Shown: one piece after another, positions 43,846 through 64,000 of the stretch
Position numbering within the stretch: the first letter of the stretch is position 1
How the letters are laid out: each line of letters opens with the position of its first letter
Assembly (NCBI GenBank): GCA_002269645.1
Contig: NIVC01001654.1
Coordinates: 62,001 to 126,000, forward strand
DNA: 64,000 bases
DNA from: Macrostomum lignano
Lineage: Eukaryota
Direction of reading: 5' to 3'
The notes under the pieces: generated by a model
What the model was told of the DNA's origin: nothing
Database searches by the model: none
The model's input: the letters and a program-made list of their open reading frames with translations, nothing else
Made by a program: the position numbers and the translations under genes

Positions 43846-46800
43846 CTACCTGTCAGGTATTTGCTTTCCCTGCTTTCGATGCTTTCTTGACGGCGTGCCG
43901 ATCCGATGAGGATCTGGTGATGACGATCCGATGAGGACCTGCTTGAGCTTGATGTTCTCAGAGCTGACACTCTGCCCGCTGTTGTGAGCCTGTTGTTGTT
44001 CCAGCTTCTGTGGGGTAGCCGCCTTAACACCCTCTGTTGCGTCACCTTCGCGAGGTCCAATGCAGCGCTGAAAGTAGCTCTCCCAGATAGAATGCAGCTG
44101 GTGCTGCTGCTGTGGCATCTGCTGCTGTTGCTTTTGCTTCGGTTGTTGCTGATTTTGAAGATGGTCTTCATCATCGGGACACTGCTCAGACGTGTTCGAG
44201 ACCAACCTGCTCTGTGGAGAGAAGGATTTGATAGTAAAAACAAAGTTAATTTCGGAGTAAAAAAATTTACCCTCACACAGAGAAGGTGCCACCAGCCACA
44301 AATTTAAATTCTCCCACATTCACCATGGACTCGTCCTGCATCGCAGCCTTCGACATGTACACCGGCTGCTTGGCGATCCGCTTGAGCTCATTTAGATGAC
44401 TCCTATTGAGCTCCAGCATCTTGGCCTTCATCAGCTGTTGCACGTGTCTCTGCTTCGATAGTTTGTACTCATCCAGAGTTTTCTTGTGCTTTTTAATCTC
44501 TGAGAGTTTCTGCTTGAGCCGAGGCCACAAGTCGTCTGGTGAATTTGTGGCAGTGAAGTCGAAAAGCGCGAGCTCATAGTGCTGGTCTTCCGCCGACTTT
44601 TTCGAGAAAGTGACAAGACAGTTTTGGGTGAGGCTGAGCATGTCACCAAGTCGCAGTTTGAGAAACTGGAACACGTTGCCGTCAAAATGGTTGATGAGGC
44701 CGAGAACCGCGCTACGTTGATCTCTGCTTGAGCAGCGAACCACCATCAGCTCGTCGCCGATCACCTGCACAGATTTGAACCTGTCGTAGCTTTCAAAGCT
44801 GACCTTGCCCTCGTTGACTCGGTCTATCGAGCAGTACTCCTCGTTGATGTAGTAGCGAATGACTTTGCTGTCTGATAGCTGGCCAACTGTCATGAAGTTG
44901 TTCTGTAATTTGTGGGGTTGGATTTTAATATCGTTCATTGAGTTTTTATAAGAGGCAGGGGGCGTTGCCATGGATTTTATGGTGGGGGGGGGACAAAGCC
45001 AAGAATTCTGCGTGTACATCATGTGCTTGACTAAATTTCTACATGTACTTTTTTCAGAATCGATGTTGTCAGCGATCATTCTAGGGCCACAGGGACTCAT
45101 TTTAGCACCGCAGGTTCCTTCTAAGCGCCACAGGCGCTCATTTTAGTCCCACAGGCGCTCATTTTAGCGCCACATGCACTCATTTTAGCGCCACATGCAC
45201 TCATTTTAGCACCACATGCACTCATTTTAGCGCCACAGGCACTCATTTTAGCACCACAAACACTCATTTTAGAACAGCAAGCACTCATTTTAGCACCGCA
45301 GGCTCCATTTAAGCGCCGTAGGCACTCAGTTTAGCGCCGCAGGCTCCATTTAGGCGCCACAGGCACTCATTTTAGCATCACAGGCACTCATTTTAGCACC
45401 ACACGCACTTATTTTAGCGCAGCAGGTACCTTTTTGTCGCCCAAAAGCATTTTTTTTATTTCTATAACAGGTCAACAAAGGTGGGGTGGGGGAGGACAAA
45501 GCGTTGGCACGTCCCCCCATAGATTTTACAAGGGGGACATGTCCCCCCCTCCCGGAGGTGACGCCCCTGAAAAGAGAGTTCCGCTTTTCTTGCGCCAGTC
45601 CAGCCCATGAGGCTCTTAGTCTCACCTCAAAAATCCCAATGAAGTCCATTGAGTCATCAGTCAAGTCGCATTTGCAGCACAGCACCCGCTTTAAACTGGC
45701 GGTGTCGTACATGATAAAGTTGCCATCTTGGCACATCACCAGCTTCTTGTTGTTGCCAGAGATGGCAAAGTGCTGCGGACCGCGACCAATGTTCATCACT
45801 ACGTGATTTAGGAAACTCCTGGAGACTAAACTAAACACGCTAAAGCAGACGGGGACGCTGGCAGCTCGAACCAGCAGGATGCGGTCAGCGGTGACCCATT
45901 CGAGTCGGTCAAACACGATCTTGGGGCTGTTCTCGTCGCAGAGCTCATAGATTAGCGGATTGTCTTTGCAGCTCAGCCACAGCACTAGGTAGCTGGTGAC
46001 GCAGCGGTCTGTCCACAGGCTAGCAATGCTACCACGGCGGCACTTCATCTCCACGAAGCTGTAGTCGAACACGTTGTTCACGCTTTCCATGTGGATATTT
46101 TCTATGTTGAGCAGCTGCACCAGACTGCCGCTGACCAGCACCATTATGTTGGACTCATTCTGTGGGTGCGAAGGGGTGTCGGTCGTAGTGTACCACTGAC
46201 TGTTATTGACTTAATGACGCTTCTGTCCATGTGTCTTTTAGAAAACTTCTATTCTACATGCTACACTCCGCAACAGCTACTCCCTCCCCCTCCCTGGCGC
46301 AGTGTGGCGAGGCTGTCGCTGGCCATGGAAGTTGCCATGGGCAACCGTGCTGGTGTGTTGCCACTTGGCCAGCAGCTGCCGGATCGTCTCGACGCCTTGC
46401 AGGAAGTGCCAGCTTCAGCCATTCTGACAGCTCGCAGCTTTTCAGCATTCGTGTTATGGTCCACCATTGCACTCGCAATCACTGACTGTCACACTGGCAG
46501 TCACATTCCTGCATTTTTACTGTCACCAACCAGCCGCAGGGGGGGGGGGTTAGCTGTTGCTGAGTGTATAGCTCGGTAGCTTTTCTGGGGTTTGGGATCG
46601 GGAGACTTGGGGTTGTAGGGTTAGAGCGTCGGACTCATGACTGAAAGGTTGGGGGTTCGAATCTCAAACAACTCGGAACAATTTGTGTCCTTGAGCAAGA
46701 CACTTAAACTCTGCATCGCTGCAGTTCAGCTGTAAAATAGGTGCCAGCATTAGATGGGGTATAATTGAGGGTGTGTGTGGCGACGGGGCCCGCCTTCGAC

Positions 46801-47217
46801 TGAACAGCCGTACGCAGGCTTCAGATGCGCCGCGCAATAGCCGCGGCTGAGCTGTCGGTTGCACATCTACCCATTAGGGCAGTTGAAATCAATTATTAAT
46901 ATTACGAGCTATTAATATTATTACACGCATGTGGAGAGAAGAAAACTACAAAAATTCCTTACCTCAGATACAGAAAAGATAAATACTGTCATATCGCAGA
47001 TTCCAGTGCCAATTTGAGACTCAAGTTGCATGCTCTTCCTATTGAAGATGAACAGATTTTCGAAGTTATTGTCCAAGACTACTAAATAGTCCTTGAGAAT
47101 GCAGATCTGCGCTGGTGTGAAGGCGAGCTTTACAGACTTCGGCAGCACGCCGTAGTGCCAGTTGTACATGATGGCATCGAATTCCGTCATCTTTGATCTT
47201 GTTGAGCAGCAGGCAAT
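43846..47217 (-). CDS. Multi-exon protein of unknown function (beta-strand-rich, propeller-like N-part; coiled coil; Gln-rich tail); 5' end uncertain
   Basis: Candidate exons 47217-46963, about 46195-45626, 44902-about 44324, and 44211-43846, with GT/AG ends, phase 0 and GC-rich codon usage. No recognisable catalytic motif. Confidence 0.6.
44956..45570. mobile_element. Intronic non-autonomous element with AGGGGCGT.. inverted termini and an internal about 22-bp repeat (GCACTCATTTTAGCGCCACAG)n
   Basis: Termini GCAGGGGGCGTTGCC and GGTGACGCCCCTG; tandem units at 45100-45420; a related end at about 47566-47620. Confidence 0.5.
46380..46470 (-). mobile_element. Degraded Tc1 transposase N-terminal relic
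   Basis: TNAEKLRAVRMAEAGTSCK resembles TDAERWRAVGMLEAGCTLR of the fold-back element. Confidence 0.4.
46612..46860 (+). mobile_element. tRNA-derived SINE copy
   Basis: GTTGTAGGGTTAGAGCGTCGGACTCATGACTGAAAGGTTGGGGGTTCGAATCTC head with a B-box-like GGTTCGAATC, followed by the family body. Confidence 0.7.
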
Positions 47218-48399
47218 CTGAGTTATCAGATAAGTATAGTATATTTAAAGCAATTCTCGGGACCTCAAATTATTCCGTGTGTTCTATTCTTGAATTATCT
47301 TTCCTCTCTTTGATTAAAAATCGATTGCATATGGCTATATTTCCTTAGCTTTATGTCATAGACAACAAATTAATAATCACAAGGCATTGGGCGCGGAGAA
47401 AGCAACGCCTGTGACCATGGGAGCAACGAATGTAACCACAGTGTCTCTTTCCGATTACGAGTTTCTTTATAATTAAACAAGATCATCTTTTTAAAGATGA
47501 CTCAGCTGAATACACATCTTGCCGTTAAAATAGTTTGTACGTACATGTACATGTAAATATGCATGCAGGGGCGTCGCCATTGATTTTATCGTGGGGGACA
47601 ATACAATGCCAAGAATTCTTTATTACAAAAAATCCTACATTATTTTGTTTTTAGCATTCATTTAGGCGCCATGCACAAGCAACACTCATTCTATCACTCA
47701 AGAGCAAAATAAATGATTTCTAGAACCGAGTAACAACGTGGGGCGAGGGGGCCGCGGGGGCAAAAATTGGCATATATTCTCCCTCTAGATTTTATTGGGG
47801 ACAATTACGGTGATGTAACTGGCCTCAACTGCATGCGCTGACAATTTCGTACACTTAAACGATATTGAATGTTGATACAAAGGTAAAAAAGCTTCTAGTT
47901 TTAGTTTTGTAAGGGTATAATTTTGTAGTAGGTTGTCGTGACATGTGTAATTCGTAGAAAGCATGTATGTAAAGGTATTCCTTATCCGCATGCATACCGT
48001 ACTACTTGTATTATTTCATTTATTTTAACAAAATTCTATTCGTATTATTATTATTGTTACTGTTGAATTTGCGAGATTTTTGTAGCCCCGTATGTGTTTT
48101 TACTAAATTATTTGTACTTTCTTGCATCGTATTATTTCTCGTAAATTAGTTCAATTTTATGTACATGTACTGATCGCGTTATAGTATTCTTGCACGATAC
48201 TCGTATTTAATCGATTAATTTGTAAATGTACATTGCGCCTGAGGGGGTTTGTCTGGTTTTTGAATTAGGCTTCGATTGTTTTGTTATCCTGTTTACCTAC
48301 CAACAATACGTCACTTGCAGTCAGCTGCCGCTCTCTCCCTTCGCTTATAATTCTTCGCTTCGCTTCTTGCTCTAAGCTTGCGGGCCCCTTAGCTGTCCG

Positions 48400-49024
48400 G
48401 CCTAATGCTCTCTTAACCATCCACCGCCTGCCTCGGCCCACCCACCAACCAATCAACTGAATCCTGGCCGGCCTTTTCAAGGCGCATCAAATTAAGTACC
48501 AATCTATTCAAATACAAATTTACGCTATGGGTGAAATCGGCTGCTGATCTACTGAATCGTAGATTAATAAAATTATCCGGTACACAACAAAAAAGCCGTC
48601 TTCCCGCCTTATTCGTCACAGTCTGTGTTGGGTTACGTAGAGATTAAAATGAAATGACGGATTTTAAAGAGTAGGAGAAAATATTAAAACAAAATAAACG
48701 CAAATATAACGTATTATTACATGTATTTGATAATTTTTTTCTGTCTGGTAAAGCTTTTACAAGTTTTTTGCACTAAAAACTGTAGCATAGTTTTTATTTT
48801 GCATATAATTGTGCCACTCTTTAAGTGTTGGACTAATGTTGCTTTGAGTTCACTCGGAGGTCCTTCTTGCTAATGTAATTTCTCAAAGTTTCGCAAGTTT
48901 AATATCGCATTCGTATCACGCGTTCTCTAAGCAACGTTTAAATTTATTATTTTAATAATTTCTGTTTCTTGTTACTCTCTCTACTGAAGTTAGGTTATTT
49001 TACTTTGAGTCTGATCATTAAATT
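48400..49024. promoter_or_regulatory. Putative shared (bidirectional) promoter region between the minus-strand gene and the helicase
   Basis: Divergent gene arrangement; CCAATC near 48449 in a locally GC-richer patch. Positional inference only. Confidence 0.3.
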
Positions 49025-60746
<11,722 letters not shown>

Positions 60747-60879
60747 ATCCAGGCTGGTGGCACTTTTAACTGGATTTAGTGTCAGTGTGCGACTACTCTT
60801 GGTGCAGTAGGCTATGATCCGGAAAACATTTTGCGAGAGGAAGCTGATTTCTTTTTATGACAGTCCCAATTAGGATGCT

Positions 60880-61230
60880 AACTATCGCTATTAGGATGCT
60901 GAGTAGCTGAATTAGAATGCTGAATATCCCAATTAGAATGCTGAATATCCTAATTAGGATGCTAAATATCCTAATTAGAATGCTGAATATCCCAATTAGA
61001 ATGCTGAATATCCTAATTAGGATGCTGAGTAGCTGAATTAGAATGCTGAATATCCCAATTAGAATGCTGAATATCCTAATTAGGATGCTGAATATCCCAA
61101 TCAGGATGCTGAATATCTCAATTAGGATGCTGAATATCCCAATTAGGATGCTGAATATCCCAATTAGAATGCTGAATATCCCAATTAGGATGCTGAATAT
61201 CCTAATTAGGATGCTGAATATCCCAATTAG
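60880..61230. repeat. 21-bp minisatellite (GCTGAATATCCCAATTAGGAT)n just 3' of the helicase stop
   Basis: Directly visible; source of the MLNIPIR pseudo-ORF. Confidence 0.95.
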
Positions 61231-61879
61231 GTAAAGCGAAAAGTTAAAAAAGTAGCCGCTAATTTGCCCCTTTTTGTCTCTCCCAGCGCATTTTACAATA
61301 ATATGTGCGTGTTTACCTGAGAGCATGGCATCCCAATCCCAGTGCCCAGTGCTGTATTTTTGTACCTTTTTCTGCACCAAAATCCCGTTTGTTTTTTTTT
61401 GTTAATCGTGTCATGCGCTTCATTTATTATAATCTTAAATTGCCTACTTGCAGTAGCTAAAGTAGTGCATGTCGTGTTTAAACTGGTCCGGTATTTTATT
61501 TTAATAATGATTATGATATAATAATTAAAAATAAAAAAGTGAATTTTAGTTTTTGTTTGTTTATCTCACTGTTTCCTATGACCTACTGATGCTACTTGTA
61601 GTAATAAGGCAGGCACGCGCGTTGTTATTTTTGTAAAATCGAACAGCACGGCCCATGCGGTGTATTAATAGTTAATATCTTTGTGTGTAATTTTTATAAT
61701 TCTCTAATAAATATTAATTCAGCAAGCACCCATAGTTTGAATCCGCTTGGGTTAAGAAATTTCGAGTTGAAAATATTGAATTTCAAGTTGATTTTTTCAT
61801 TTTTTGCTTTTACTAAAATCTTCAGTGTATCAAAGTCTGTCTGATATGCCAAATTGGATTCGTCCGTAATCTACTGTGA

Positions 61880-64000
61880 GTGTCGCCTCTAATTCACTGA
61901 AAGAGTTGCCTCTGCATTGAGAGTCGCCTCTTTCCTACTCTGAGCCTGAGAGTCTCCTCTTACCTACCCTTAGAGTCGCCTCTTACCTACGCTGAGCCGG
62001 AGAGTCTCCTCTGACTTACCCTGAGAGTCGCCTCTAACTTACCTTGCGAGTCGCCTCCAACATGCTCTGAGAGTCGCCTCTGACCTGCCCTGAGAGTCGC
62101 CTCTGACCTTCCTAAGAGTCGTCTCTTACCTATTCTAAGAGTCTTCTCTGACCTACCCTGGGAGTCGCCTCTAACTTACCCTTAGAGTCGCCTCTAACTA
62201 ACCCTGAGAGTCGCCTCCAACCTACCCTTAGAGTCGCCTCCGACCTGCCCTGAAAGTCGGAGTTACCTGACTTACCCTGAGAGTCGCCTCTGACCTACCC
62301 TGAGAGCAGCCTCTGACCTGCCTGAGAGTCGACTCTGACTTACCCTAAGAGACGCAGTCGCCTCTAACCTACCCCAAGAGTCAATCCTGACTTATTTTGA
62401 GAGTCGCACCTGATTTACCGGGAGACTCGCGTCTAACCTACCCTAAGATTCAGCTCTAACCTACCCTGAGATTCAGCTCTAACCTACCCTAAGATTCAGC
62501 TCTAACCTACCCTAGGATTCAGCTCCAACCTGCCCTGAGATTCAGCTCTAACCTACCCTGAGATTCAGCTCTAACCTGCCCTGAGATTCAGCTCTAACCT
62601 ACCCTAGGATTCAGCTCCAACCTGCCCTGAGATTCAGCTCTAACCTACCCTGAGATTCAGCTCTAACCTACCCTAGGATTCAGCTCCAACCTGCCCTGAG
62701 ATTCAGCTCTAACCTGCCCTGAGATTCAGCTCTAACCTGCCCTGAGATTCAGCTCTAACCTACCCTGAGATTCAGCTCTAACCTGCCCTGAGATTCAGCT
62801 CTAACCTACCCTGAGGTTCAGCTCTAACCTACCCTGAGATTCAGCTCTAACCTACCTTGAGATTCAGCTCTAACCTACCTTGAGATTCAGCTCTAACCTG
62901 CCCTGAGATTCAGCTCCAACCTACCCTGAGATTCAGCTCCAACCTACCCTGAGATTCAGCTCTAACCTAACCTTAGATTCAGCTCCAACCTGCCCTGAGA
63001 TTCAGCTCTAACCTGCCCTGAGATTCAGCTCTAACCTGCCCTGAGATTCAGCTCTAACCTACCCTGAGATTCAGCTCTAACCTGCCCTGAGATTCAGCTC
63101 TAACCTACCCTGAGATTCAGCTCTAACCTGCCCTGAGATTCAGCTCTAACCTACCCTGAGGTTCAGCTCTAACCTACCCTGAGATTCAGCTCTAACCTAC
63201 CTTGAGATTCAGCTCTAACCTACCTTGAGATTCAGCTCTAACCTGCCCTGAGATTCAGCTCCAACCTACCCTGAGATTCAGCTCCAACCTACCCTGAGAT
63301 TCAGCTCTAACCTAACCTTAGATTCAGCTCTAACCTACCCTGAGATTCAGCTCTAACCTAACCTGAGATTCAGCTCTAACCTACCCTGAGATTCAGCTCC
63401 AACCTACCCTGAGATTCAGCTCTAACCTACCCTGAGATTCAGCTCTAACCTACCCTGAGATTCAGCTCTAACCTAACCTGAGATTCAGCTCTAACCTACC
63501 CTGAGATTAAGCTCCAACCTACCCTGAGATTCAGCTCTAACCTACCCTGAGATTCAGCTCCAACCTACCCTGAGATTCAGCTCTAACCTGCCCTGAGATT
63601 CAGCTCTAACCTGCCCTGAGATTCAGCTCTAACCTGCCCTGAGATTCAGCTCTAACCTACCCTGAGATTCAGCTCTAACCTGCCCTGAGATTCAGCTCTA
63701 ACCTACCCTGAGATTCAGCTCTAACCTGCCCTGAGATTCAGCTCTAACCTACCCTGAGATTCAGCTCCAACCTACCCTGAGATTCAGCTCCAACCTACCC
63801 TGAGATTCAGCTCTAACCTAACCTTAGATTCAGCTCTAACCTACCCTGAGATTCAGCTCTAACCTAACCTGAGATTCAGCTCTAACCTACCTTGAGATTC
63901 AGCTCTAACCTGCCCTGAGATTCAGCTCCAACCTACCCTGAGATTCAGCTCCAACCTACCCTAAGATTCAGCTCTAACCTACCCTAGGATTCAGCTCCAA
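61880..64000. repeat. 23-bp satellite (ATTCAGCTCTAACCTACCCTGAG)n, diverged at its left edge and running off the window
   Basis: Diverged GAGAGTCGCCTCTAACCTACCCT units at 61880-62440, homogeneous units from about 62445. Confidence 0.96.

Noticed and set aside
46612-46690. tRNA gene
   Set aside because: Only A/B-box-like remnants without a closed cloverleaf, fused to a SINE body seen at several loci.

Overview
Eukaryotic (metazoan, invertebrate-like) genomic DNA with spliceosomal GT-AG introns; no prokaryotic features. Microsatellite- and minisatellite-filled introns with GC-rich exons are reminiscent of free-living flatworm assemblies, but the species cannot be determined here. Left two-thirds: a tandem cluster of four secreted CAP/SCP-TAPS genes on the + strand. 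One is a short CAP gene with a hydrophobic C-tail. Three are 7-exon paralogues encoding signal peptide - CAP - EGF - EGF - predicted SEA-like module - (GSSGTG)n stalk - hydrophobic tail; all exon phases reconcile into intact ORFs by hand. The fourth gene has a very young BEL/Pao LTR retrotransposon (identical 270-bp LTRs, 5-bp TSD) in its last coding exon, and the LTR supplies a replacement C-terminus. Right third: a multi-exon gene of unknown function on the - strand, head-to-head with a 6-exon DDX5/DDX17(p68)-family DEAD-box helicase that has an RS-rich first exon. Introns 2-5 of the helicase each carry their own private minisatellite(s). Also present: a near-intact DD34D mariner, two copies of a Tc1-derived fold-back hairpin, an RTE-type LINE 3' end nested in a MITE, an orphan LTR with a tRNA-Leu PBS, tRNA-derived SINEs, and a 23-bp satellite running off the right end. 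Exon coordinates and counts were worked out by hand; no database searches were run.
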